This document shows, piece after piece, positions 1 through 15,256 of a stretch of 64,000 nt of DNA. The notes under the pieces were generated by a model. The model did not search any database. It was given only the letters and a program-made list of their open reading frames with translations, and was not told the DNA's origin. The position numbers were made by a program, and so were the translations under genes. The DNA is from the human T2T-CHM13v2.0 reference genome, Homo sapiens, in NCBI RefSeq assembly GCF_009914755.1, contig NC_060925.1; one strand, given 5' to 3'. Position 1 is the first letter of the stretch. Each line of letters opens with the position of its first letter.

Positions 1-260
1 TTCCACCTCAGATAATCAGGCATTAGTTACAGATTCTCATAAGGAGCATGCAACTTAGATCCTTCGCATGCCCAGTTCACAATAGAGTTTGCACTCCTAT
101 GATAATTTAATGCCATTAGATTCTAATCTAATCTAATGCTGATCTGACAGGATGCAGAGCTCAGGCAGTAATGCTCGCTTGCCCACTATTCACCTCCTGC
201 TGTGTGACCAGGTTCCTAACAGTATAGTACTAGTTCGTGGCCCCGAGTTTGGGGACCCCG
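1..260 (+). mobile_element. MER1B-like hAT-Charlie DNA transposon, 3' part
   Basis: ttccacctcaga..tcaggcattag..attctcataaggagc, gctgatctgacagg..gagctcaggc, and terminal ggggacccc TIR. Confidence 0.85.
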
Positions 261-962
261 ATTTAACATACTCCATTTATATGCCGTAATTGCCCATAGT
301 ACAAATCATATCAGAGAATGAATATGACATTCATGAGGCAAAGACTAAGTCAAGCCAACTTACTTGTTCTCTCTGGTCTCTCAGTAAACACTAAGTGGAA
401 GAAAAATGTTAGAAAACTCATTCTCCATAACATATTTAGGCAAAATATGAGAAAACAGTATACAGTGAGTGCCTCAGGAGTAATACACTGTCTATGGGAC
501 TTTCAGAACACTGATGAAACATTTAAAAAATTCAACCAAATAAGAAAAGTCTTTAGAAAATTTTGGAAAATGAATAGCAAAGGGAACGAGCCAACTCCAT
601 CCTTTATGATCACTTTAATCAATTGTTTTTATCATAAAAAGAAAGCTACAGCCTCTAGACAGATTCTGAGTTTCTGGTGGTATGACTTGAAAATATTTTC
701 TTCCTAGAGATTCTCACTGGTGATGATGGTGTGGTGAAAGAATGGGAAGATAAACATCTTGCCGAAATCTCTCCATAATTAAGGTGAAACAGCACTCCTA
801 CTTATAAAATAGAAATTTAGTTACTTGGCCAATCATTTCTATCTGTTATTCCCTGAACAAATATAACTTTCATCACGAAAATGTCTGAAGGCAGTCATTC
901 TTCTGGATATTGCTAGGAAATAAAAAAATACATTATAAATAAATATATTTAAGAGTAAACTA

Positions 963-1055
<93 letters not shown>

Positions 1056-1649
1056 CTATAAGAAACAATATTTTGCATAAGAAAATTTGGCATATGATTA
1101 ATTAAAATCTTAATATTTAACATCAAAAAGAATGAAAAGTCAGCCAAAAATTCTATGAGATTCCATATAAAATGTGACAACATTTTTGTCTTTTAGTATA
1201 TAGGTTTACATACACAAAATAGTATATAAATAGAACAGGAACATGTTCTATTAAGGGCTAAATGCAGAAGAAAAGCCAGTGTCATTAAAACCATCAGTAA
1301 ACTTCCATAGCTTGCATAATATGTTCAAAGCACGATGTGGGGCATTTAAATAATAAGACGATAAATAAGACACATTTCCAGCATCAATGTACAGTCAAGT
1401 AGGGGCAAAAGATATACACAAATAAATGTAACATAAAACAAGCTATGATCACCACATGTGTATGAGAGTTCAGAGGCTGGGGAGATTCATTTTAGCTAAG
1501 CTTAGAAGGTTGAGAATACAGAGAAGTGGGATTTCAATAGGGCCTTTAAAAGGAAAAGACAGGATTTTGATAACGGACAGTGTCAAGGGAAAATGAATAA
1601 AGTCAGGAAGCAGAGGGTAGTCACCCCTAGTAAAAGTCACAATGCTTGG

Positions 1650-2850
1650 TCAGTTCCCAGACATGAGATAATTTTCACTTCTGGAACCTGCTGACCAGGG
1701 AGGTGTCAGGGTCCCTAGGAAGAAAGACCCTGAAACATCCCTACAAGTAAGTACTGTGATTCCCCTAGTCCTTTCCCAAAGGAAACTATGGTCATTTATC
1801 CAAGCAACTAAGCCCTGGAAAAAGGGGAATGATCAGACATTTCAAGGACTATTAAGCACTGGTTCTTCAGTAATACTGATACTTGGAAACATAAGAGTGG
1901 GTACTTACAGGGTGAGGTAAAAAATGGAGCCTGACTGAAGTCTAGTTCACAGTGGGCCCACTGAAACCACAACTCAGTTAGTGATCGTTCTCCTAGTCTC
2001 TAAGAGCATAATTGAAATTGTTACATTTGTCAATTGAAGTAATCCCTACATTGGGTCTCTGGTCTGTGAAGTAAGAGCTATAAAAGCTATCATAGTTGGG
2101 AAGGCCACATGAAAATATCTGAAAATCCAGCCAAGAGACTAAATCAAAGATAATATCCTATCCTGGGTGCAATGGGATGGGGAGAGATGTTAGTGGTCCC
2201 TGTCATATCCCCATTTAATCCACCAGCCTGTCCCCTGCCAACACCAGAGAATTTCTGGAGGATGACTATAAATGTCTGCAGGCTTAACTAAAGAGTAGTC
2301 CTGATTGCAGTTTCTGTTACAGATGTGGTATTATTGCTAGAGAAGTTTTATAAGGCCACACATAGACTGCATGTGGCCATTGATTTGGCAAATGCATACT
2401 CCTTCCACTCCAATTACAGAAGGAGATCAGAAATAGTTCAGAGTCACAGAGTATAGATAAGAATATTCATTTACAGTTTTGCCTTAGGGATATGTCAACT
2501 CTTTTCAGTAATAATATATGTAATCTGAAGCGATCTGGACATCCCACAGAACGTCACAGTGATTCATTACCTTGACGACATCAGGCAGATCAGACAGCAT
2601 GAAAAAGAGGTGGTGAATATGCTGGAAACTGTTAAGATATCTGCACTCCAGTGGGTGGAAGATGAACTCTATAATCAGGGACTGGCCTCTTGAGTGAAGT
2701 TTAGAGATCCAGTTATCAAGTATGTGCCAGTAAGTCCCCTTGAAAGTAAAAGACAAATAGAGCTGCATCTCACATTTCCTGCCATATAGAAGGAAGCACA
2801 ATGCCTGGTAGGTTTCTTTGCGTTCTGAAGGCAAAATGTTCCTAAAAACA
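1650..2850 (+). mobile_element. Degraded ERVL-class endogenous retrovirus internal fragment (protease/RT)
   Basis: Translated motifs SPFNPP..FWRMT, AIDLANAY (2376-2399), YSFTVLP*GYVNS and IHYLDDI (YLDD 2568-2579), with stops and frameshifts. Confidence 0.85.
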
Positions 2851-2914
2851 AAGCCCTTAAGCTGAGTCATAGAAGAAGAGCAATGTATACCCATGAACTG
2901 GTAATTACAGCTAC

Positions 2915-3100
2915 ACTGAATAGTGCACCTAAGTGTAAAGCTCTCTTCTAAGTACTGCATATACTGACTCATTTAATCCCCACAGCAGCCCCATGAAGTG
3001 TTATCAGTATTTTCATTTTACAGATAATGATACTAAAGGACAAGAGAGCTTACATAACCTTTATTGCAGTCAAATACATAGTCTAATTTCAGAGCCAACA
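2915..3100 (-). mobile_element. MIR SINE
   Basis: ctcatttaatccccacagcagccccatgaag...cattttacagat core. Confidence 0.7.
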
Positions 3101-5910
3101 TGCATAATTGCTGTGCTCTTGTGCCTCTTGAGGTTAGAGGGCAGAGCTGGCACCATCCTCAAGGACAAAGAACAGCATATTATACGTGAAGACCTACTAA
3201 AAAGGTTGTGTTTCAAGAATATAAAGTGCAAAGCAAGCAATGGAGCAAGAAGTTGGAGAGGAGAATATGACTGGAACTGGATCATAGAGGGCAATGTTTT
3301 GTCTTCCTAAAATAGTAATTCTGTTTTTATATTGGCAGATATGGTAACTGTCAGAAAGTTTATAATAAGGGGACAACCAAGGTGAGATTAATAACGAATA
3401 TTCAGAACTCTGGAATGTATCAAAAAACATTAAACTGGAACATTAATTAAATATGTATTATTCAAAGCATTTTATAGTAAGTAATAGTATTACTATTAGA
3501 ATTAGTAGAATTCGATGCTATTAAAATCATCTAATAGTGAGGCTTTAGAACTTTAATTTATTCTAACTTTTAAATAATACATATTTTATTGAAAAAGAAA
3601 AATAATTTCGCTGTTTGTTTTATGAATCAAATACCCTTCATACCAATATATAATAAAGGTTAGACATAAAAGAAAACACCAGGTCCAAACATTCTAATAG
3701 AATATTAGCAAACTGAGTAAGTATGCCATTTTCAAAGTTGAGCACTGGAATGCCATGCCAATGAATTAATTGGTGGAGGTGATTCTCAAAATACTTAATC
3801 TTAGGTTTACTTTATTCAGTGCCTCTGCAGGAAGATTCAAGAAGACCTCCCATCCTTTTTGAGGTGGGTATTTGTGGGAGAAGGCACAATAGTTTAGTTT
3901 AATAGTAGCTTTTTGTGATTTATCAAAGAGGAATAAAGACATCCCAATTCTTCCACCACAGCAGAGTGAAAATGTCTTTGATTTTGTAATATATAAGAAA
4001 GATGCTCATTCTGTATTTATACAGTCTGATTCTACTCTAATACACAATAGTGTGCAAATGGGGATAGAAAACAGTTGAGTTTTCCTTTCATGTATGGAAA
4101 GCTGCAAAGATGAGTATCTTGATCTTGGTGTGAATCTACTGGGATGGAGACCAGCAAGACTTGACTTTACCATGAACAGACATTGTGGGAAAGATGGAGG
4201 ATGGTCATCACTGGGCAGCAGATCCCTGGTAGAAATGAGGACAAAGCCATAACAAGAACATTCCAAGCAGTGACAGGCACAAGGCTTCCTTCCTTTTTGT
4301 GAATGGGAACCTATTCAAATTTCCCTTTCCTAAAAGCCTGAGGCCCCAAATATTTGCCATGCAAGAAATAATCTATTCTTAGAAAGAATTAGAAGAAAGA
4401 TTCCTTGACAACAAAAGTAAAGCTTTGCTTACATTATGCTTTGGGAAATTGAAATGAAATGTGTGTTAACTAAAACTGGAATTGCAAGACAACTACAGCT
4501 ATCAGGAACATCATGTTGGCTGATAAGCTATGAAATCTCAATGTTATTTGTTAAATATATATGATGCTAGAAAAATCATATTACGGGCATTTTGTTTGGT
4601 GTTTTTGTTTCTTTATTCCTTGTACTTTTACATATGTAATATTTCCATCTTGATTTTCTTAGATATACATTCTACCTTCCTCTAATGACTTTAGTAACAT
4701 ATTATTAGATATTTCCTACCTAAATTCGGAATACAAATTCAATCTATTTCAAGTTCAGTGTAATAGTCACTACTTTATTCCAGCAGTTCTGAATGTCATA
4801 TACCCTGAGCCAAAGTTCCATCTAATAGTCTCTTAGGGATTTGATGAAAACTTTCTTTATATACTATAATATGTATTCATATACATAGTAACATTTATTA
4901 TGCAGGATAAAGGCTGACAACTTTTTTGTGGAGTATAAATCTTCAAATAAAATAGGTGATGCCCATTATTTTTAAAAATCAAATAAAAACATACATACTC
5001 TTCACAGTTGTCTAATAGAAAATTTGGTTAAATAGACCAAATATTTCCAGATGCTCTAAGATAGAAAATAAAATGAAGAAATTTTGAAAGTATTTAGCTA
5101 TCTTTAGAAATGAAAATTATTTATTAGCTATTAGTGTACATGTTTCCTTGTGGGAGAGAAATAATATGATTTTATATTTATTTTCTAATACTATCTCATA
5201 ATCACAGATATTATTGGTTCAAATAACCATAGTGAAAACAAGATGTTATAAGAGGTTATTAAGAAAAAGGTAATACCTCTATTAGATATTTCATCTAAAA
5301 CTACGAAGCAGAAGAAATGTATAGAAATTACAAATTAAGGTAATCAATTAGAATTCTATCAGAATACTTTGGGAAATGACAAATATACATATTTTAAATA
5401 TGCAAAAATGCAATATCTTCATTCATATTTTATACTTTTAACTTTGAAAAATTAGGATATAAAGACCATGAAACAAAAATATGTATTTCTATTTAAATTC
5501 TGAGTTGCATTACAAAAAAAGGTATAAATAAACATCAGCTAAGAAGCCATTTCTCCTAAAGGGAATACCCAATTTTATTACACTATAAATGATCCTTTGG
5601 TGTAAAATCAATTGAGAGTATGCTTGATAAATTTAAAAAATGCAAATATGGCTAATAAAGTGAAAAAATAATGAATTATATCACAAGAATACAGAAGCAA
5701 ATGAAAATACTATCCTACATAACTGTTGTCTACACGGGGGAAAAAAACCTACTTTCTGAAGAAAAATAAAAATAATAAAATAATGAAAACACATGGATGC
5801 TGACAAAGATTTTTCTGAAACTAATAACTTTAAATGTTTTCATTATTCAATCTATAAAATGAAAATGAAGTAAGTTTACAACTCAAGATTTTACAGCAAA
5901 TAACAAATAA

Positions 5911-6353
5911 GTTCCACTCTGATCTTGCTTATTTCTTGTCTTCTGCTAGCTTTGTGGATATTTTTCTCTTGCTTGTCTAGTTCTTTTAGTTGTTATGGTA
6001 GGGTGTCAATGTGAGACCTTTCTAGCTTTCTGAAGTGGCATTTAGCGCTGTAAATTTCCCTCTTAACACTGCTTTAGCAGCATCCCAGAGATTCTGGTAC
6101 ATTGTCTCTTTGTTCTCACTGGTTTCAAAGAACTTCCTGAGTTCTGCCTTAATTTCATTGTTTACCCAGGAGTCATACAGGAGCAAGTTGTTCAATTTCC
6201 AATTGCGTGGTTCTGAGTGAGTTTCTTAATCTTGAGTTCTAATTTGATTGTGCTGTGGCCTAAGAGACTGTTAGTTATTATTTCAGTTATTTTGCATTTG
6301 CTGAGGAGTGTTTTACTTCCAATTATGTGATCGATTTGAGAGTAAGTGCCATA
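5911..6353 (-). mobile_element. Inverted 5' segment of an L1PA element (ORF2 endonuclease C-terminal region)
   Basis: The - strand translates to YSQIDHIIGSKTLLSKCKITEII (track ORF 6192..6515). Confidence 0.92.
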
Positions 6354-8227
6354 TAACTCCAAGAGCGGAACTGAAGGAGATAGAGACACGAAAAATCCTT
6401 CAAAAAAATGAATGAATCCGGGAGCTGGTTTTTTGAAAAAAAAATATATATATATATACACACACACCAATAGGTAGACTAATGAAGAAAAAAGAGAAGA
6501 ATCAAATAGAAACAATAAAAAATGATAAAGGGGATATCACCACTGAACCCACAGAAATACAAACAAGCATCGAAGAATATTATAAACATTTCTATGCAAA
6601 TAAACTAGAAAGTCTAGAAGAAATGGATAAATTCCTGGACACATACACCCTCCCAAGGCTGAACAAGGAAGAAGTTGAATCCCTGAATAGACCAATAACA
6701 AGTTCTGAAATTGAAGCAGTAATAAATAGCCTACCAACCAAAAAAAGCTCAGGGCCAGATGGATTTACAGCTGAATTCTACCAGAATTACAAATAGAAGC
6801 TGGTACCATTTCTTCTGAAACTATTTCAAACAATTGAAAACAAGGGACTTCTCCCTAACTCATTTTATCAGGCCAGCATCATCCTGATACCAAAACCTGG
6901 CAGAGATACAACAAAAAGAGAAAACTTCAGGCCAATATCCCTGATGAACATTGATGCAAAAATCCTCAATAAAATGCTGGCAAATGAAATTCAGCAGCAT
7001 ATAAAAAGCTTATCCATCACAATCAAGTTGGCTTCATCCCTAGGTGCAAGGCTGGTTCAACATATGCAAATTAATAAATGTAACTCATCACATAAAGAGA
7101 AATAAAGAAAAAAACACATGATTATCTCAATAGATGCAGAAAAGTCCTTTGATAAAATTCAATATCCTTTCCTGTTAAAAAATTCTCAATAAACTAGGTA
7201 TTGATGAACATACCTCAAAATAATAAAAGCCATTTACAATAAACCCACAGCCAATATCATACCAAATGGGCAAAAGCTGGAAGCATTCCCCTTGAAAACT
7301 GGCATAAGACAAGGATATCCTCTCTCACCACTCCATTTCAACACAGTATTGGAAGCTCTGGCCAGGGCAATCAGGCAAAAGACAGAAATAAAGAGTATTC
7401 AAATAGGAAAAGAGGAAGTCGAACTGCCTGTTTGCAGATGACATGATCCCATATCTAGAAAGCCCCATTGATCAGCCCAATAGGTTAAGTTGATAAGCAA
7501 CTTCTGCAAAGTCTCAGGATACAAAGTCAGCGTGCAAAAACCACTAGCATTCCTATACACCAACAATAAGCAGAGAACCAAATCATGAATGAACTCCCAT
7601 TCACAACTGCTACAAAGAGAATAAAATACCTAGAAATACAACTAACAAGGAAAGTGAAAAACCTCTTCAAGAAGAACTACAAATCACTGCTCAAAGAAAT
7701 CAGAGAGGGCACAAACAAAAGGAAAAATACTCCATGCTCATGAATAAGAATAATTAATATGACAATAGGCATCCTGCCCGAAGCAATTTATACATTCAAT
7801 GCTATTCCCATTAAACTACCATTGACATTCCTCACAGAGTTAGAAAAAACTACTTTAAAATTCATATGGAACCAAAAAAGAGCCCATATAGCCAAGACAA
7901 TCCTAAGCCAAAAGAACAAAACTGGAGGCATCATGCTACCCGACTTCAAACTATACTATAAGGCTGCAGTAACCAAAACAGCATGGTACTGGAAAAAAAT
8001 AAACACATAGACCAATGGAACAGAACAGAGATCTCAGAAATAAGACCACACAATACAACCATCTGGTCTTTGACAAACCTGACAAAAACAAGCAATGGGG
8101 AAAGGATTCCCTATTTAATAAATGGTGCTGGGAAAGCTGGCTAGCCATATGCAGAAAATTGAAACTAGACCCCTTCCTTACACCTTATACAAAAATTAAC
8201 TCAAGATGGATTAAAGACTTACATATA

Positions 8228-8559
<332 letters not shown>

Positions 8560-8861
8560 CTATAAAACTCTAGAAGAAAATCTAGGAAATACCATTCAGG
8601 ACATAGGCACGGGCAAAGATTTCATCATGAAAACATCAAAAGCACCTGCACAAAAGCAAAAATTGACAGATGAGATTTAATTAAACAAAAGAGCTTCTGC
8701 ACAGCAAAAGAAACTATCATCAGAGTGAAGAGGCAACCTACAGAATGGGAGAAAATTTTTGGAATCTATCCATCTGACAAAGGTCTAATGTCCAGAATCT
8801 ACAAGGAACTTAAACAAATTTACAAGAAAAAAACCAACCCCATTAAAAAGTGGACAAAGGA

Positions 8862-9176
8862 GGCCAGGCACGGTGGCTCATGTCTGTAATCCCAGCAATT
8901 TGGGAGGCTAAGGCAAGCGGATCACTTGAGATCAGGAGTTCAAAACCAGCCTGGCCAACATGGTAAAATCCCATCTGTAACACAAATAAAAAAATTAGCC
9001 ACGTGTGGTGGCAGCCACCTATAATCCCAGCTACTTGGGACACTCGGGCAGGAAAACAGCTTGAACCCAGGAGGTAGAGGTTGAAGTGAGCCAAGATAGT
9101 GCCACTGCACTCCAGCCTGGGTAACAGAGCTAGACTCCATCCTCCATCTCAAACAAACAAACAAACAAACAAAAAA
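8862..9176 (+). mobile_element. AluS (Sx-like) with (CAAA)n tail, inserted in L1
   Basis: Dimeric Alu with decayed CpGs. The L1 sequence aaagtggacaaagga|catgaacagac resumes after it. Confidence 0.93.
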
Positions 9177-10049
9177 CTTACGTAAAGGACATGAACAGAC
9201 ATTTCTCAAAATGAGACATTTATGTGGCCAACAAACAAACATGAAAAAAAGCTCAAAATCATTCAATCATTGGAGAAATGCAAATCAAACCCACAATGAG
9301 ATACCATTTCACACCAGTCAGAATGGTGATTATTAAAAAGTCAAGAAACAACAGATGCTGGCGAGGCTGTGGAGAAATATAAATGCTTTTACACTGTTAG
9401 TGGAATATAAATTAGTTCAACCATGTGGAAAACAGTGTGGCAATTCCTCAAAGACATAGAACCAGAAATACTATTTGACCCAACAATCCCATTTTTGGGT
9501 ATATGCCCAAAGGAATATAGATCATTCTGTTATAAAGATACATGCAGGTGTATGTTCACTGCAGCATTATTCACAATAGCAAAGACATGGAATCAACCAA
9601 AATGCCCATCAATAATATAGTGGATAAAGAAAATGTGGTACATATACACCATGGACTACTATGCAGCCATTAAAAAAATTAGATCATGTCCTTTGCAGGG
9701 ACATGGACAGAGCTGGAAGCCATTATCCTCAGAAAACTAACACAGAAATGGAAAACCAAACACTGCATGATCTCACTTACAAGTGGAAGCTGAACAATGA
9801 GAATACATGGACACAGGGAGGGGAACAACACACACTGGGGCCAGTTGAGTGGGGCAGGGACAGGGAGAGAATCAGGATAATTAGCTAATGCATGTGAGGC
9901 TTAATACCTAGGTGATGTGTTGATAGGTGCAGCAAACCACCATGTCACACGTTTACCTATGTAACAAATCTACGCATCCTGCACGTGCATCCTGGAACGT
10001 AAAATAAAATAAAATAAAACTAAATTTAAAAAAGAGACTAACAAATAAG

Positions 10050-11100
10050 AATAGCAGGGGAAAGCATTAATAAATATATAGTCAGCAATTAATGAATAAG
10101 AAAACAAAACTTTGATAACTGTTTATTTTAAAGAAAATATTAACTGGATAGGAAAACACAAAGGAAATTTAGAGATGCAAGAGCAAATATAATCACAGGC
10201 ACAGATGACATATTTTTATTGTATACTGAAATAGTAGACTTAAATTTTTGCTAATAAATTCAAAAACCTCAATGAAGCAGAAATTTTTCTAGAAATATAT
10301 TGGCAAAATTGATACGAGAATAAAATCAGTGGAAAAAACTTATAGACGATATGAAGAAAAATGGTCATAGTTCTATTTCATAAGAGGGTTTGGAGAAGAT
10401 GACAACTTCCAAATTTAGTAAAAAAGATGTCTCAAGATAATATTCTTACCAATGAGAAAATAATAAAATGCTTAGAAGTTTAATTTTATAAGGCTAATAT
10501 AACTCTATTATCAAAAATTCACAAAACAACAAATAAAAATAAAGCAAAACAAAACAAAAAGTCTTTGCACATTTAAAACTTGTAATGGTAACAACATTAT
10601 TTGACTGTTCCCTGCGATATTTCTGGTTTTAATATCCATTACATAAATAAATGAATGCACAAGAAAAATTTTAAAAATACTAACCAATTGAATCTGAATT
10701 ACATGTACAGAAATAAACATGATGCCAAAATTGATAAATTTTAGAAATTCAATGATTAGTATAATTCAACATATAAACTCAACGTAAGTATTTACAAAGG
10801 GGAATTGAAAAATTTAACACACTTTTGATTAACTTTTTAAATTAATAAAATGTATTAATGTAAGACTAGAAAAATATTTATTCAATATGATTAAAAATCC
10901 CATTTCAGAGACAAGAAAAAGAATTCCATGTATTATACCTCTTTTTTTTTTTAACATACTAGATATTGAAATTGTGGAAGAAAAATATGAATAATGTACA
11001 AATAACAAACAAAATTATCTTTATTCTCTTGTAACATGATATTTGACTTTAAAAAATTAATCTTAGAACTAACAAGGACTGATTGGCTAATAAGATAAAT
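10050..11100 (+). mobile_element. Very old L1M ORF2 remnant
   Basis: A-rich with faint ORF2 similarity (aaattcaaaaacctcaatgaagcagaaatttttctagaa; ttttataaggctaatataactct). Confidence 0.5.
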
Positions 11101-12304
11101 TGAAATTAAAATATTCAATAGGAAATGCAGCTAAAAAAAGATAGTTGGGAGTGAAGATAAAGAAACTGAACTGGGTTCTGGATATAATCAGGTTATGTTA
11201 TTTGGATGATAATACGCTTATTAAACTACTAAGTATACAGGACTGGAGTTCAAAAGAAGGATGGCTCTACATGGTTCTAGTCCTGGCATACTACTTGGCA
11301 AAAATAAGTTCTGAACAATTATTTGTTGAGTAAATGAAATAAACCTCTTTGGGAAGTAAAAGAGAAAGTAGAAGAATAAACAAGATAATGCTAGGTCATG
11401 AAAGTCAAAATACATACATACATATATAAGAGAACTCTTACATCATATGCTACACGGGAGTCAAACAGTATGAACCCACAAAAATAGTTCATTTCATTGC
11501 CAGGAAATTATTTTTGACTTTAAAATATATATTAGTTGAGAGAGACAAACAGAAGGCAAATTATAAAAAGAACCTCCGTGATGACTTTTCAAAAGGAGGT
11601 AATGAGCACAGACCACTTTGTCAAAATGTACCCACTTATGGCTAAAGTTCGTAAATCATAAAAGCTGCAAGAGTATCTCATCAAAGGATACAAATCCTCA
11701 AAGTGAAAAGGAATCTCACTGCTATCTTTCCTCAGAATTGTATATACAGTTTATTGTTTACAAAGCAAATTTGAAAACATCATTTCCTTCACATCTTAAA
11801 ACAGCTTGAGAGATGGACAAGACAGTACTGTTAGCTTTCTCTTTAATTTAGGTTCCATTTTTTTTCCTCAATAATGTAACAGATTCACAGTTTAAAATTC
11901 AAATGTACAAAATGTTGAAAAAATTGTCCCACACCTTCTCAAAGGCAATCTGTTCTATCAGATTCTTATATCTTTCTGAGATATTCTTTGCATATGTAAA
12001 CAAATATTTTTATATTTTGTTCAAATATTAGTAGCATACTTTTTATTTGAGCAGATTTTGAACAACGTTCTAGATATTAATAGACTTTGCCAAAGATATC
12101 TGACAAAATTAAAAAGTGGCATGACTATAGCTAAGATATATTTCTTGGCACTCAGTATATTGCCTACTACTGCACCTTGATGAGTTTTCAAATAAGAGTA
12201 ATGGGTATGCTCTAATTTATGCAATATATCTGGTCCTGTGAAAACTGAATGCAATTTTGCAATTTTATATAAGATAAATGGAGAAATAAAGCCTAATTTC
12301 TTTT

Positions 12305-12440
12305 TTCATTTTTTATTAATATATAATAATTTTACATATTTATGGGGTGATACATGCATAGAAAGTGTAATGATCAAATCAGGATAATTAGGATATTCAT
12401 CACCTCAAACATTTCCCATGTCTTTGTGTTGGGAACATTC
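12305..12440 (-). mobile_element. L1MA 3' end fragment
   Basis: tacatatttatgggg...gtgtaatgatcaaatcagg...catcacctcaaacattt...gtgttgggaacattc. Confidence 0.75.
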
Positions 12441-13523
12441 ATCTTCAATTCAGAATACCGAATCTAATAGTTGGAAATTTCAATAATCATTTCCATATTT
12501 GATGAGATTTAGAGAAGAACTTGTATTCAAAATGAAAGACATTTAAAAACTTTTCAGAATGTACTTCTGTAAAATAATCACCTCTAAATTATCTATTTTG
12601 AACACTGTAATTTTGAACATTAAGTTTTATAAAGTTGCCCAAATCTATACTATGTGTTTTTATTCCCAGACATCTTGTTTAGTCATTATGTGTGAATGTT
12701 TCATCACCCGGCCACTGTCAATTAAAACGTAATTATAAATATAAACCACAAAATATTTTTTTGAGTGTTTTCTCTTTTATTGATTCATTTTAAGTTTTAC
12801 TGGTAAATGCAAAAGGTATGAGTAGTTTGTTAATCACTTTTCAAAGTATCTTCTGCATATACTTACAGCATGTATTATGTAAATCACAGTACATTATTAA
12901 TCTATTGTGTTATATCTATTATGAAAAATTAACATTTTTGAAACAAAAATAGCAATATGTTCAAGTGAAGAGCTAGAATATAATGCTCTTAACAGAAAAG
13001 AAGAGGAATATTTAAAGCTATATGCTGAAAATAACGATGTGTCAAATTTTCAACCATCTCGAAAAGAATAACACAATATTTATTTAACAAAATAATAAAA
13101 AATACGAAGCTGTTGCTTTCTATCCCACTGATTTACTGCTTGTGTTGAGAAAGGATTATCACATTCACACTACTGACATGATGAATATAACAAATAAAAT
13201 AAATCTCCATAAGAAATTATGTTCCAAATTGTGAAATACTAATGTTTCAGAGTGCACACAACTTGCATGAAAAAACATGATTAAAGAAACCAAATCCTTC
13301 TATTAGCTGCACTGAACCCCTAAAGCAATTTAGGAATTTGTTTCTTACAGACAATTAATCACATGCAGGCATGCCAGATGAGAACTATTGATTGCCCTTT
13401 TCCAGGCTAGTGGCATTCAGACAGTAGACAGACAAATGCCCTAAGCAAGGGGAAGCATCTTTCTGCTTCTGCCTGATGTAGCTTTTAATTGTTCTTTCCT
13501 AAAATGCATGACATTTGCTGTTA

Positions 13524-13733
<210 letters not shown>

Positions 13734-14888
13734 TTAAAAAAAGGTAACATGTCTTTATGGATTAGTAGAAAATAAATATCTCTTCCAAGGATATTTATAT
13801 ATCACACAAGATATGCATGAGGACATCTACATTCTTATTGATATAAACATGTTACGTGGAGTGAAGATACAGTAGAAACTGATATAAAAATAACTAAATT
13901 ACAGCAATAGAAAATGATAAATATAAAACTGGCCAAAAGCAATTTCAATACTTTTAAGTTCAATAAAGTATTTGGTTGATTTATTTAATAATAATTCTAT
14001 AAATTCCTAAGATAAAAAATCTTAAAATCTATTAATAAAGCTAGATGGAGATATAGATTTTAATATATGTATACACATATATATATACACTAACATTCAT
14101 ATACATAGTCTATAAATGTACTTCTAGCTTGTTGATATGCAAATGTGTAACTGTATTACCATACTGTTTAGAATATTACAAAATCAGTTCCATGTGATCT
14201 ATAGAACATTTTAGTCTTCTGTGAAAGCAATGAGTATTCCAAAAGTTCAGTCATTAAAAAACAATTCTATTGTATATTAATGCCTATTGCCTGCATTTAA
14301 AAAAAAAATGAGGCCTATGGCACTATTATTTGAGTAGTATAATAGAGTATTAAAAGTAAGCTAAAAACACTTTCCAGTGTTTTGTTAACAATTAAAAAAG
14401 CTATGTATGTCCATGAATACACAGCAATCCATTCATTCATTCATTTGCTGAATCATTCATTCACCTACTCATTAAAAGTGAATAGTGCCAGGCACAGTGT
14501 TTACGAAGTGCCAGCTAAGTGTAAGCTGCAATGATTTGATGGTGAATTTCACCAAATTCTCACTGTTAATAAGTTCTTTTTCTGATCAGGGAAGGATACA
14601 CAAAAGATAATTACATTTAGAATGTGGTACGCACAATGAGAGAAGTATATCCATTATATCTTTAATGTGTATATATACATAAAATAGCAATCATATTTTA
14701 TATATTATAGAGATTAATTTGGAAAATAAATAATTGTTGAAGATGAATCTTCTGGATCATCAATTGAAAAATCTCCCAAAGTACAGCCTTTTCATTGTTT
14801 GATGACTTAAGAACTTGATTATGCAATTAATTTTTATATATCAATCAGCAAGACATCATGCTCAATGCTATAGAAAATGCAAGGTATC

Positions 14889-15256
<368 letters not shown>

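Noticed and set aside
318-707. 129-aa + strand ORF
   Set aside because: No recognisable domain, antisense to an intron, composition typical of a chance AT-rich ORF.
2505-2972. 155-aa - strand ORF
   Set aside because: Antisense frame of the ERVL pol fossil.
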